DNA of 64,000 nucleotides. Source: Octopus sinensis (lineage: Eukaryota). Position numbers and translations under genes: made by a program. Below, in pieces: positions 27,404 through 41,041 of the stretch. The first letter of the stretch is position 1. The number at the start of each line of letters is the position of its first letter. The stretch is taken from the NCBI RefSeq assembly GCF_006345805.1, contig NC_043009.1, forward strand, positions 6,820,001 to 6,884,000, given 5' to 3'. The notes beneath the pieces are model-generated. The model searched no databases. It was given only the letters and a program-made list of their open reading frames with translations, and had not been told where the DNA came from.

Positions 27404-27893
27404 AAACTACTCACATTTCTTGTCTGACATTGGACCGCGCCGTTCTGGGCAACGCTGTGTAATTTGTAGTCAACAAACTAATACTTTCACTTATTTTTAT
27501 CGGTTTGATTCGTATTTATTCTTTCGATTTCTTTGGGTGGAACTGCTAAAATTAAGGGAGCATAAACAAACCAGTACCGTATGGACGTAACACAAAATTC
27601 AAAGACAGATACGTGCACTCTCTGAATAAAATATGTTGCTCAAGAACACGACAAACCGCCCGGTCTGGGATTCGGACACACAACCACACGATTGCAAGCC
27701 CGACGCTCGAACCTCTGAACCATGCACCCTCATTTCCCACACACACACACAAACTCACACACACAGAAGCATTTTCCCACATCCACACACACATACACAC
27801 ACATGAAACAGCAACACTATAAAACAATTTATTTCCAAACGTTGCTATTATACACGTGCGTGTGTGTGCATGTATATGTATATATATATATAT

Positions 27894-28102
27894 ACTCTTT
27901 TACTCTTGTACTTGTTTCAGTAATTTGACTGCGGCCATGCTGGAGCACCGCCTTTAGTCGAGTAAATCGACCCCGGGACTTATTCTTTGTAAGCCCAGTA
28001 CTTATTCTATCTCTCTCTTTTGCCGAACCGCTAAGTGACGGGGACGTAAACATACCAGCATCGGTTGTCAAGCAATGCTAGGGGGACAAACACAGAGACA
28101 CA

Positions 28103-28156
<54 letters not shown>

Positions 28157-28320
28157 TACGACAGGCTTCTTTCAGTTCCGTCTACCAAATCCACTCACAA
28201 GGCATTGATCGGCCGGGGCTATAGCAGAAGACACTTGCCCAAGATGCCACGCAGTGGGACTGAACCCGCAACCATGTGGCTGGTAGACAAGCTACTTACC
28301 ACACAGCCACTCCTACGCCT
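27894..28320 (-). mobile_element. SINE family B copy, full length
   Basis: Reverse complement of family B with internal (TA)n. Confidence 0.9.
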
Positions 28321-28339
28321 ATATATATATATATGTAGG

Positions 28340-28560
28340 AATAAAAATTTATATATAAAGAAACAAGAACGTGAAATCCACAAAGGGACGAACACAGAAA
28401 ACAGACGGGTCATTCGAAGCCTTTAATCTTCAGACAGAAACCGGATCATCATAGCAAATTTCGGCTGATTAATTCTGATATTTGCTCCAACGCGGCCAGC
28501 CCCAAGGAAAAACTAAGCTGTGAGCATTAAATTTCCTGGAAAAAGGAACGAATGTAAACG
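28340..28560 (-). mobile_element. (TA)n-anchored element end, same family as 26835-27095
   Basis: Sequence similarity to 26835-27095; minus strand CTGAAGA...CGAATGACCCGTC. Confidence 0.6.
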
Positions 28561-29047
28561 CATATATATATATGTATGTATGTGTATGTGTGTATTAAAA
28601 AGCAATATTATAGAATAATTTAGTTCTAAGCATTGTTATTTATTTGAACGAAATGCTATTAGAGTAGGAAATCGCCATATCTAGACAAAACTACCGATCT
28701 AAGCAAGTAATAAGTTTGTGAATTTATTTGTTTAGAAGTAAGTGTTAAACGTATGCTTAGAAAATGTTGAAATTATTAGAACAGCGGAACCGTTTGTTTG
28801 TTAGGTTGAATGAATAGATTGATGACTTTTGGTGTTTTTTACTGACGAGTGATCACGTATTAGTGCATTACTATAACTAATTACTATAGCTTTGCAACGG
28901 CCTCGCTAGCATAGCCAATTAGGTGATAATCTAGATATGGTTATTGATAATTTAAAAAAAAAACTATCTAACGTAATGACTTATACATTCGCTAATGATA
29001 TTGCTTGACTACAACAAAAGAAACACCTGCTTGTAATACTAGGAAGT

Positions 29048-29150
29048 GGTAGTAGTAGTTGTAGTAGTAGTAGTAGTAGTAGTAGTAGTTGTAGTAGTAG
29101 TAGTAGTAGTAGTTGTAGTAGTAGTAGTAGTAGTAGTAGTAGCAGTTGTG
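29048..29150. repeat. (GTA)n microsatellite
   Basis: Direct reading. Confidence 0.95.
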
Positions 29151-29189
29151 GTTGTTCTTGTTTTTGCTGCAGTAGTAAAAATAATAATA

Positions 29190-29415
29190 ATTTTCAAATG
29201 TTGGCACAAAGTCAGTAGTTTCCGAGTGGTGGGAGGTAAGTCGGTTACATCAACCCCAGTATTCAACTGGTACTTATTTTATCGACACCTCGAAAGAATG
29301 AAAGGTGAAGTCAACTTCGTTGGCATTTGATCTCAGAACGCAATGACGGACGATATGCCGCTAAGCAATTTGCCAGCCAAGTGCGCTTAACGTTTCTACC
29401 AGCTCGCTGCCTTAG
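29190..29415 (-). mobile_element. Diverged SINE family A copy
   Basis: CCCCAGT...AACTGGTACTTATTTTATCGAC...CCAGCTCG. Confidence 0.7.
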
Positions 29416-30987
29416 CAACAACATCATCATCATCATCATCATCAACAGCAATTATAATAACCGAAATGGTTTTAAATCTTGTCCCAAGGCTGCCAGGTTT
29501 GAACGGAGGTGTTTCGTTGGTTCCATAGTCAACAGTGTTTAAGTGAAATTTGGAACTTTATTTTGTGGACTTCAAGAAAGTGAATGATAAAGTTAACCAA
29601 GGTGAAATTTGAACTCAGCATTTTCTCGACACCCTAGTGATTCTACCAGTTCTAAATATAGTTACTCCAAATTTCGGCCCCGGGCAGCTCATGTGAGAGG
29701 ATGTGGCAAGTCGATTACAACGACAACAACGCATTTGACTTGTATGTTATTCTATCACAGATGAAAGGAATTTGAAATCAGAATGTAATTACTGGAAAAA
29801 AAACCCACATTACCTTAAGCATTTTGTTTGACGCGCTAAAGATTCTGCCAGCTCCAATGCAAAATTTCTGTCTGAGATAGTTAAAAACCATATTTCCACA
29901 TGATTCGAACCGATAGTTTTGATTATTCATAACAGGGAATGGTGTCAATTTGACACAATGGTTATTCTGTTTACAAGAACAATCTTTGAGATAAGAATTG
30001 TTGTGCAATTCAGTCTGCTGTGTTTATTACGAATACAAAATATGTTTTGTTTTGGTAAGAAATAGATAAATTGATTTAAACATAAATAATTTTGTGTTAC
30101 ACTTAGAAATACTAACAGACAAAAACAATCAAACAGAACCAGACACGATCATATACAGTTTGGCTGTATTTAGGCTGGTAAAGAGATCTCACGCATACAG
30201 AACCGAATGCATGTAAAGACATTCGTATAGACAAACGTAAGGATATTTATTAGAATAATGTTATTAGAATGATAGTCTTATCATTGAGGTTACATAAGTG
30301 ATTTACGTAAATCGAGTTTCAGATATAACCGTCAATTTCGACAGTGCAAACTTCTAATTATACATAAATAAATATATACACACTTAAAAAGAGACACAAA
30401 CACGCAAACAAATATACACCTATAGATCTAAATATATGTACATGTACATACTATATATACAATCATATACGCATGTATATGTGTGCAATTGATATATAAT
30501 ATATATATATATATATGTAGATATATATATTTAAATATATATATATACGTACGTATATACGTACATTTATACACACATATATTTTTATTTATATGTGTGT
30601 GTCTGTATGTATGTGTGTGTATTATACATACATGAATAGAACAAAACGCATTCGTACACACCATCATACATATGCATATATATTTGCATATTTAAATACA
30701 TTCATCAATCTACATATCGAGTTGTGATGAATGTGTACAAACACAAACACACACACGCACACACACACACACGCACACACACACATACACACACGCACAC
30801 AGAGGCATTCATATATACATACGTACTGACAGACAAAAAAGCTTACTCATAAATATATACTCCATTCTATGTATATGTGTGCTTGTGCCATAAACACAGA
30901 CACACACACACACATAAATATATATCTATACATATATTCACAAATTCCACTCCATTGAAAATTTCTGGTCGTGTTTATTATTAATAT

Positions 30988-31268
30988 TCATACACATACA
31001 ACAGATGGAACTGGTAGAAAAGAACAAATCCTAACATCGGGCCACAGCGAGTAACCTTAGGTGCCAAGAACCCGCCTCTCTCTTCACGCTGTCCCTAATA
31101 ACACTGTTTTCTGCAGCTGTACTAAACTGGGTTTTATACCTATTTCCTCTATACATCTGTTCAGATCCGTAGGGATTCTTCCCAATGCACCTACAACAAC
31201 TGGGAGACATTTTACCCGCACTTTCCATAGTCTCTGTAATTCAATAGCTAGGTCTCGGTACTTTGCTA
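30988..31268 (-). mobile_element. 3' fragment of a further R4/Dong-like family
   Basis: IAKYRDLAIELQRLWKVRVKCLPVVVGALGRIP...LQKTVLLGTA; 5' break in (ATT)n. Confidence 0.85.
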
Positions 31269-31292
31269 TTATTATCATTATTATTATTATTA

Positions 31293-31358
<66 letters not shown>

Positions 31359-31360
<2 letters not shown>

Positions 31361-31525
31361 GAGTGAGAGAGCAGTTCATGCCATCAAAGTGACACTGGGG
31401 TAAAATATACGAAGCCCAATATACCCATCATGACTACCCGTCTGATAAGGGTTATTATTATTATTATTGTTGTTGTTGTTGTTATTTTTATTATTATTAA
31501 TATCATTATTATTATTATTATATTA

Positions 31526-31571
<46 letters not shown>

Positions 31572-31707
31572 GAGTGAGAGAGCAATTCATGCCATCAAAG
31601 TGACACTGGAGTAGAATATACGAAGCCCAGTATACTCATCATGACTACCCGTCTGATAAGGGTTATTATTATTATTATTATTATTGTTGTTGTTGTTTTT
31701 GTTGTTA

Positions 31708-31781
<74 letters not shown>

Positions 31782-32304
31782 ATCATTGAGTGAGAGAGCA
31801 GTTCATGCCATCAAAGTGACAATGGAGTAGAATATACGAAGCCCATCATGACTACACGTCTGATAAGGGTACACCAGGCACATGCATCACAACCATATGT
31901 GTGCGACATGGTGATCTCATATCAAGATAAACAGCGCATGACCTTGCAGGTAGAGCCCAGTTAGAATTTTCTTCTGGTCAAGTAGACCATCCCGTTCAAA
32001 AGGTCGCTGAATAAGGATTGTTTAAGGACGTTGAACGAACCACCCATGATTCCAAAGGTGAATTATCCAAACCTCTAAGAATTCCTTTCAAAACACGGCT
32101 ATGATGCTCCTCCACTACTTCTGCTCATGATCAGAGATGCGTCAGTCACTAAGGGACATACTAAACTGGTTAAGGTCAAACAACTGACAAGCAAATCTGT
32201 GGTATTGAGCAGATATCTGCTGTAGCCCATCTTTTATACCAAGACAAAACAACGTACATGATAACACTTCCAATCAGTTAAGATCAGAAGCCATGAGAGC
32301 CACT
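31359..32304 (-). mobile_element. Family D element (31786-32304) with two duplicated 3'-end stubs (31359-31452, 31570-31663) in (ATT)n
   Basis: Reverse complement of 9078-9610; both stubs end at the same base CTGATAAGGGT. Confidence 0.85.
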
Positions 32305-32725
32305 CACCCTCGCTACCCCTGCCTCGTTATAATATTTTTGTTTTGTTTGAATGTGAAAAGAATTCTTTTGTATGAATTTTACAAGTGCTCAGTTTCTACC
32401 CTCAGTTTCCAGTAGAGGGGCTCAGGTTTGTACGGACGTTTTATATTGCACAATTGCGTAGAATTTTATAAGTGTTCGCGCTTCTCGTATTTTAAAACAT
32501 TTCTTCCTAGTGAGATAATTGTGAGATGTGCTTGTATGCCACCATCTTGCGCTCCTCTAAGAAAAATGTCCATGAAAATATTGACACCCAAAATATATAC
32601 ATACACACACGCGCACACATTTGTATGTATGTATGTATGTATGTATGTATGTATGTATGTATGTATGTATGTATGTATATGAATGCATATGTATATACAT
32701 CCATATATATATTTATATATATATT

Positions 32726-32774
<49 letters not shown>

Positions 32775-33299
32775 TTCGTCTTGTTTTTCTGTAAATTTCA
32801 ACTATATATATTATATACGTATATATATATATATATTACAATTAAATTAGAAAACTTTGGCTAACAAAATAATCAAGAATTTTATAAATTTAGTATCAGT
32901 TACCTGAATTTTTATTCATGTGAGGGTCACAAACAGACTCTATCTATATGTTTATTCAGAGAACCAAAAACTAAGAAAAAAGAAATGCAAAGGAGAGCGG
33001 GAGCTGCTTTAAAAGGGACAGTTCGTTCGTTCCAGACTGCACAATATGCAGAGGAATGGCGAAGGAAGAATGTAAGATTAAGCGTTTAGCTCAATGTTTG
33101 CGTTTGTGTGACGGAAGAGAGAGCCAGTGCGTATCAGCATACTGACAAATGTATCTAGTGAAGAAGGAACTCTATGGACATACAAGTCCTATTGGTCCTC
33201 AATACTAATGAAAGGAAAGCAAACAAGAATGCCGAAAGGAAAAATCGGGGTAATTGATGAAACAATGATGAAAGAGAAACCATGTTTCCATCGTGATGA

Positions 33300-34270
33300 C
33301 GTCAGACACCACAAAAATAGCAAGTTATTACATCAGTAAACTAAAGCAAAATGAAGTGGTGACAATAGCTTAAGCCTCTAATTTCGTATTTACTGAAATG
33401 TGGTTAGGATTAAATTTGCCTCCCTCTTTGAAATGAAGACAGTAAGATATCTATAGAGGCTTGAACAGGGGTGGTGATTCTATGTGTATTTTCCGTTACA
33501 TTTACCCAAACGCCGTAATTTGCCTTGAATGTTCTGGTGAGCTTGCTTTTTCGTTCATTATGGAAATTACGCCTGATAACTGGTCAGAAAAAAAAAGCAT
33601 GTCTTATCAGCCACGTTCTTTATTGATGGTTGCATTGCTTTCCACGGCAAGAGCAAATTTCTTTTCGCCTGTCAATGAGGCAATGTCGAAAGAGATTGCA
33701 TAGTAAACATTCCTGAGGGGTTTGAAGGCAGACATATTCGGCTTCAGGAAATTCTGCTTCAAAATCTTCAGATGACACTCGCAGAAGCTGAAGGCGGAAA
33801 ATATTTGTTGTAAAATTGCAAAAAGTTAAGCCGGAGGAATAACGTATATCTCGAATTCTGCGTCTGTAGGTCGGAGAACACTGCTTGGATAAAACAGTTT
33901 TATATTGGTTAATTCCTGATTTGTGAAGTTCCTTACTTAACAGTGGCTGGAAGATCAACTTTTTGAATAAGGTGAAAACTTCAACATGCCTCATGCAGAA
34001 ACAAGACAGCGAAGTAACCACGTGTCGATTTTATCACGCTTCTATTATTAGCCGCTGTCCAAAAATGTCATTAAGATGCTACCTGAAGCTGAAACATGAT
34101 GTTCTTGCTAAAACAATATAGAATGTTATCCGCAGAAAAATCTGTTCTGGGGTAAAAATAAGCAAATACCTCTGCTATAGAATGCATACATATCAACACA
34201 AAGGATATTAGTGAAATATTTTCATTCAAACATCAGCTAAGTAGACAACAGAAATCAGAAGCAAAGTTCA
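33300..34270 (+). mobile_element. Old degraded R4/Dong-like fragment
   Basis: Broken frames give TCRF...IISRCPKMSLRCYL / KHDVLAKTI, resembling the CCHC knuckle plus RHD motif. Confidence 0.4.
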
Positions 34271-34301
34271 TGTATAGTTACAATGTAATATCCCATAATT
34301 G

Positions 34302-34460
34302 TGAAGGCGCATGGCTCAGTGGTAAGAGCGTCGAGCTTACGATCGTGAGGTTATGAGTTCCAATCCTGCACCGAGCTGCGTGATTTATTCTTGAGCAAGA
34401 CACTTTATTTCACGTTGCTCCAGTTCACTCAGCTGTAGAAATGAGTTGCGACATCACAGA
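34302..34460 (+). mobile_element. SINE family C copy, 3'-truncated
   Basis: Close match to 21935-22095. Confidence 0.85.
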
Positions 34461-34816
34461 GTACAAGTTAATATTTTGGGGACGAAAAGTTACCCACCTG
34501 TTATTATGTTTCAAGACGAATTCCACACCTGGTTTTGAGTAAGATCCAAAAAGAAAATGCTATGTCTCTATCAAAACCAGTCATTAATTTCCAAAAACAT
34601 CACTTGTGTGATATTTAACCGGACACTTCGCACTGTTGATCACCAGTAGAATAAAATCACGTAATACGGAAATTCCGGTGCCTACGACAGACAATTCTCG
34701 TCTGCTACGATCTGTGCGTGTGATTTAATGCACTATATGGGAGGAACTATTTATATATCTATTTATTTATCTGTCTGTCTGTCTGTCCCTATCTGTCTCT
34801 CCCCTCTCTCTCTCTC

Positions 34817-34904
34817 TTCCTTCTTTCCTTCTTTCCTGAGCGTCCAATAATACTACATTTGTTCCACGTCCTCGCGTTGTTGTGCTTTCTTGTTTGGATT
34901 AACT
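34817..34904 (+). mobile_element. 3' end of the family at 4293-4428 (no HHR retained)
   Basis: Similar to the reverse complement of 4293-4385; ends in (TA)n. Confidence 0.7.
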
Positions 34905-34967
34905 ATATATATATATGTATATACTCGAAAATTCGTGAAGCGTTCCATATTTTTCTCATTCACTAAT

Positions 34968-35075
34968 CCGAGGCTATAGTAGAAGACACTTGCCCAAGGT
35001 GCCACGCAGTGGGACTGAACCCGGAACCATGTGGTTGATAAGCAAGCTACTTACCACACAGCCCCTCCTACGCCT
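34968..35075 (-). mobile_element. SINE family B 5' fragment
   Basis: GAGGCTATAGTAGAAGACACTTGCCCAAGG...ACTTACCACACAGCC. Confidence 0.85.
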
Positions 35076-35949
35076 GTTTGTATTTGTATCAACTTTTGTG
35101 TGTGTTTGATTTTTATTTGTGAGTGTGTGCATGCGTGTGTGTTTACATGTATGTTTGTATATATGTATACTTATGTATGCTTATGTATACATTATATATG
35201 CACATACACGATCACCATGGTTGATGGTGTGGCATATACTGCAACAACAGGCATTTTGACGCATTATATCTACGAAGAACTTACAATTGTTGTTGGAATC
35301 AATGTTGCTGTTGCTTTTGTTGTTGTCGTTGTTGTTGCCGCCAAGGCAACCGTTGTTGTGGTTGTTGTCTTTGTTACTGCTCTACTTGTTGCTTATCATG
35401 ATATCTCACTCATAACCTAAATCGAAAGTAAATTCTATTCAACGAAGAAACAAAACCGCTCTCTGATCTTATATGAGAACATATTTTATTAGATTCTTAA
35501 GGCTCAGTGTTTCTCTTGTTAAGAAAAATGATCAATTAATATACGTGTCATCCTTGTCAGATAACATTACTCCGAAATCACTTAGACGTATAAACTTTTG
35601 CTAACTTTCTGATTAGTTGCCAGTACGCTGTTGTATCCGAAACGACTAATGGCTCGCTCAAGACATATGTTTACACAGAAGGATGTTGCTATAGATTAGA
35701 TTTGAACAGGACGGTGAAATATGGAGGCTTGAGTTTGGAGGTTAAATATTAAGAGATAAATTGTTCTAACGACGTACAATCGACATAAGAAAGAAAAACA
35801 AAAAAAAAGAGAAAGATACAGAAAGACAAAAGAAAGAATGAAGGAAAAGAAAAGCGGTAAAGACTCCTATGTTGTAATTGACTATTGTGACTTAGAAGTT
35901 TACACTGGATTACTAATATTGTGCGATGTACATGTTCATACGTTTGAGT

Positions 35950-36004
35950 ATATACATACTTATATACACACACACAATCTCATATATACACACACACACA
36001 ATCT

Positions 36005-36068
<64 letters not shown>

Positions 36069-36273
36069 TATATACATATATATATGTACTCATATATAAT
36101 TACATATATATGTATGTATATATATATATATATATATAATGCGACATTCAATCATATAAAGATATATACGCAACATAAACGCGTTACACACAAAAAAACA
36201 TATACATACACACTTTCTTTCTCACACACACACATATATATGTCAATATATATAAGTTATACATATATATGTA

Positions 36274-36353
<80 letters not shown>

Positions 36354-36358
36354 AGTGA

Positions 36359-36395
<37 letters not shown>
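35950..36395. repeat. (CA)n/(TA)n compound microsatellite region
   Basis: Direct reading. Confidence 0.9.
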
Positions 36396-36396
<1 letters not shown>

Positions 36397-37721
36397 GTAA
36401 GTCAAGTCACATATCTCATGTGTTTTTGTGTTCATGTTTCACATCGGGATTAATCTTTTACTTTCAAATAGATTCTTACAAAACAAATCTTAAACATTCT
36501 ACAAAATCTTGGCTATTTAAAGTTTCCATATATTTCTATGTTTTAACCAATGAGTAGTTTGCTGCGGAAAGAAGCTCAAAGTTATACACCATACATTCGT
36601 GACGTTACGCAATGGACATGCATCTCATACTTCTTTGAAACTCCTTTTAAACCAGTTGTTTGGCAGTCATATAATACACAAATACATCATTAAGACTTTA
36701 TTAAAACCTGAATTGTCTTATCCATTCCAGGTACCTGCATACAGTGTCAAACCTAGCTATGGACCAATTCACGTACGCCTCTCTGGGATATATAGAGTAA
36801 AGTAGAAACCATTCAAATAGGCCGGGGAAAAATCCCTTCCACTCAAATTTATGGGCCATGTGCCTAAACAATATGAAAAAAGTGGAAATTTTATCGGTGA
36901 GTGTGTTACATTATAAGGCACAAAAAGTAAATGACTCTCCCCAGATACAACTGAATATGCTTCAACACACGAACTCATATAACGAATCTTGCAAACCAAA
37001 TCCCAAAACGAAACAGTTATATCTTATTTGGTATGAATTGCTAAATGGTTATGGTGTTGCACATATGGATCGTGAGATCGTGGTTTCGATTTCAGGACGT
37101 GTTTTCTTTAAGAAAATCCTTCTTTTTACTTTGTTCCAGTTAGTTAAGTTTCGAATTAGTTCTAACAACACAACATCGGGGAAATTACCCCTTCGGCAAA
37201 CCCGTGTCTTGCTCCATTGTTGGTTTTGCAACCCCAGTCACTTTTACGACTGGAAACCGGGTTACGAGTCCTTGGGCTTAAGACAAAAGTAAGCTCCTCG
37301 ACGTGAATCTACCAACCAGTATGCAAATAAGTTAAATCCGGGCTGGATTGAGAAATGTTTTCTAAACCCAGATACGCATAAGCTATTTCGTCTTGGTATG
37401 GATTGAAAGGAGACTTAAAGAGGTTTTTATATGTACATGAGTTTTGAAACAAACGAGTTAAAAGTATTAGATAAATTCGTGGAAGTAAATTTGTACGTGT
37501 GCATCTTTATTCAGGATTTTTCGGTTTATTTTGTTTGTTTACTATGTAAGATAAGCAGAGAACAAAAAACCTTGAATTTGTATGTAAATGTATTCAAAGG
37601 TATTGACAATCATTATATAATACACACATACATACATACATACATACATACATTTATACATATACATAAACACACACATATACATTATATACATTATATA
37701 TATTATATATAGGTATATATG

Positions 37722-37800
<79 letters not shown>

Positions 37801-38249
37801 TATATAATATATATAGGTATATATAATATATATATATAATATATATATATATATATAATATATATATATATATATTGTACATTATCCACCTCTCTCTGTT
37901 TCTTTTTTTCTTTCTTTCTTTCTTCACACACACACACATATAGTTGTGCGAGTGTGTGTGTATATGAGTGTGTTGATGAATCAGAAACATATGCACGTAC
38001 ACAAACACAATTATTTGATAGCATAAACAATAATGGTTTTTGCTTCAGTGGCTTTATATTAAGTCCTATTCTCGCTTTACTTTTGTAATTATTGATTTTT
38101 TTTCTCTCTCTCTTTTTCTATAGTTTCCAATTTACGAAAGCCACTGAAGGAAGTTTACTGATAATGTGTATCTCACCATTCTTTGGATCAGTAATTGAGA
38201 GAACTACAAGCGGAATCAAAAATCTGGTTGCCGTTTTAGCAAGAAATTT

Positions 38250-38477
38250 TATTATTTATTTATTCATTATTTATTATTATTATTACTTTTCTTCTTCTTC
38301 TTTCTTCTTCTTCTCTCTTCTTCTTCTTCTTCTTTCTTCTTATTCTTCTTCTTCTTCTTCTTCTTCTTATTCGTATTCTTCTTCTTCTTCTTCTTATTAT
38401 TATTTATATCTCGTATTTTATTATTATTATCATTACTATTACTATTATTATTATTATTGATTATTATTATTATTATA

Positions 38478-38516
<39 letters not shown>

Positions 38517-38600
38517 GGTATTATATTATTATTATTATTATTATTATTACTATTATTATTATTATTTTATTATATATTATTATTATTATTATTGTTATTA
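38250..38600. repeat. (CTT)n/(ATT)n microsatellite region
   Basis: Direct reading. Confidence 0.9.
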
Positions 38601-39744
38601 TTATCGCTTGTTTTTGGCCCTTTAGGAACTTGTATCACAAAAATGGTAATCTCTCGCGTTTCACTTGACATAGTTTGCTTCCTTCAAATGTATAACAAAT
38701 GCATCTCTCTTGCGTCATATTGGTCCCAAGTGTGTTTGGCTCTTACTTTAGGAAACAATAGTTAAGTATAAAGATATGGAGTGAGACGATTGGGCGCAGT
38801 TCTCTGGACGCTAAAGATGTGGTAATTGCTGACTGGAAATCCAAACTTCTTTTGGTAGCAGTATTTTTTCTTTGTGTGTTGCAGTTAAAAACACAAGTGT
38901 GGGTGCAGAAATATTTTCATATAAATACAGAGAGGGAGAGGTGAGAGAGAAATACAATCATAACTACGAGGTCACACATATAAGCAGAGCGAGAAAGGGA
39001 AGAAGAGAGAGGTGATGGAGAAAGAATTCAATTTATTAATTCAACACGATTAACATAAACACTTTACAACACAGCATAAACATAAAGGGAAAATATGCCC
39101 ACTAACATAGTAATAGATAGATTGATAGAGAGAGAGACAGACAGACAGACAGATAGACAGAGACGGAAAAAGAAAGAGAAAGAAAAAGAGAAAAAATGAG
39201 AGAAAGAGAAATAGGGAGGAAGAGGGAAAGATAGAAAAAAGAGCGAGTGAAAGAGGGAAAGTGAGCGGGAGAGATGGGCAGACAGACAGAGAGAGAAGGA
39301 GAGATAAAAAGTTACAAAGAGAGAGACAATGAGAGAGAAATAGAGAGTGACAGCGAGGGAGAGACATAGACATAGACAGACAGGAAGAGAAAGAGAGAAT
39401 AAAAGGGAGAAAGAGGGAGAGAGGGAAGGATCGAGAGAGAGAGAGAGAACGAAAGAAATTTTAAAACGTGATGTCAAATTAGGCAGCGTCGAATCAGCAG
39501 CACCAAAAAAAAAATACCACAACGGCTGTGGTAAAATGTATAATGCCCTTAGCGATACACTATACCTAATCTAACGTTAAAAAGTGATTATAATAACGGT
39601 TTCCGAGGGACTGCAGCTGGTTGATGTTCGATAATGGCTGTCGCATTTTTACTGCGACAGTGATTGTTATATCTTGTATTAAAGCAGCTAATTAACTGTC
39701 AATTTGTAAAATAATCTCAGTTGGTATTAAAAATAATATAGTTA

Positions 39745-39960
39745 AGGCTGTGACCTGATGGAATCGTTAGTGCGTCGCATAAAATGCTTAGCGGCATTTC
39801 TTCTGGTTCATATGTTCTAAGTTGAAATTCCGCTGAGAGGGACTTTGCCGTTCATAAAACGGGATCGATAAAATGAAGTACCAACGAAGCACTGAGGTCG
39901 ATGAAATCGATTAACCACCCCACTAAACTAGTTGTCGTGGTGACAACATTTCAAATCTTT
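39745..39960 (+). mobile_element. Diverged SINE family A copy
   Basis: AAAATGCTTAGCGGCATTTC...AATTCCGCTGAG...GATCGATAAAAT. Confidence 0.6.
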
Positions 39961-40786
39961 ATATTTGTTATATTTATATAACGAATTATACTCTTACAGA
40001 AGTGATAACAGATTAGGTAAAATTCTCAAAATGTTTTCGAATCTGCTTTTACGTTCATTTTACGTTCATTTCCAGCTTGGGTCAACTTCACCGTTTCTTA
40101 CTCTAAGGTACGCCATAGATGTAAATTGTTACCTTGAACTAGTGTCCATTTAATTAAATCGTTCTTTTTTTCTCTTGTTATGCCCGGCTTCTTGTCACTG
40201 TAAGAAATCAATATTCACGATTCGACTTTTTGCCAATCAAATTTTAATGTTACTGGAGAAATCCGTATGCCACATAATTTTTCCTATTCTCTGTTTCAAT
40301 CATTATGTAAAGGTGCGTGGTTGGAGGGGTGGTATGGCTTAATATATGAAATGTGAAAGAACTGATTCCGATTCCAAGATACTGTTTCCATAATTCCATC
40401 CTGACACTTCGTTGACTGACTTTATAAATGTGAATGGAATTACCATGGACGAACTGCATTCCATATATTCTCCTTGAACATCGTAAGCTCTTTCCGTCAA
40501 TTTTAAGCCTAGATAATCTTAAAAATCTCTAAATTAAAAGTAATGTGGTCTTGTATAATTTGTCAGTAGGGTAGGTATATTAGTCAAAGCATCCACTATT
40601 ATAGATCCATTTCAGTCGAGCTTACGAATCGGCTTCGCACAAGGAACTAAATAACATATCCATACCTGCCATCTCAGAAGAGCGCGCAATATTAATTAAC
40701 CGTTATGTAATACACGTTTAGTTAATACCCGTTGCGAAACCGATTCTATAACATGCTGAAATGCATACATAAATGTTGACATAATG

Positions 40787-40835
<49 letters not shown>

Positions 40836-40836
<1 letters not shown>

Positions 40837-41030
40837 GGTAGTAAACACATAAATGTGAAACAAGGTGGAACAAGAGTACTCAAATACCAGAGGTAGAGTA
40901 ATATGCTTTATTTAAAAGCAGCAGAAATTTAACAAAAGCTGTTACTCGGAGTTTCACGTTCCCGTTCGTCGGGAACGTGAAACTCCGAGTAAATTTTGTC
41001 AAATTGCAGATGCTTTTAAATAAAGTATAT
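40836..41030 (-). mobile_element. (TA)n-embedded fold-back element with hammerhead core
   Basis: Perfect 23-bp inverted arms 40942-40964/40970-40992, imperfect extension to 40901/41030; minus strand CCGACGA ACG-GGAA-CGT GAAAC TCCGA GTA. Confidence 0.7.
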
Positions 41031-41041
41031 ATATATATATA

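Noticed and set aside
36560-37030. Old LINE RT remnant (KTLLKPELSY); similar hint at 40250-40560
   Set aside because: Only faint motif similarity; boundaries cannot be supported
39460-39720. Enhancer call for unique TAAT-rich stretches (also 6200-6520, 26440-26580)
   Set aside because: Such motifs are expected by chance in AT-rich DNA; needs conservation or chromatin data
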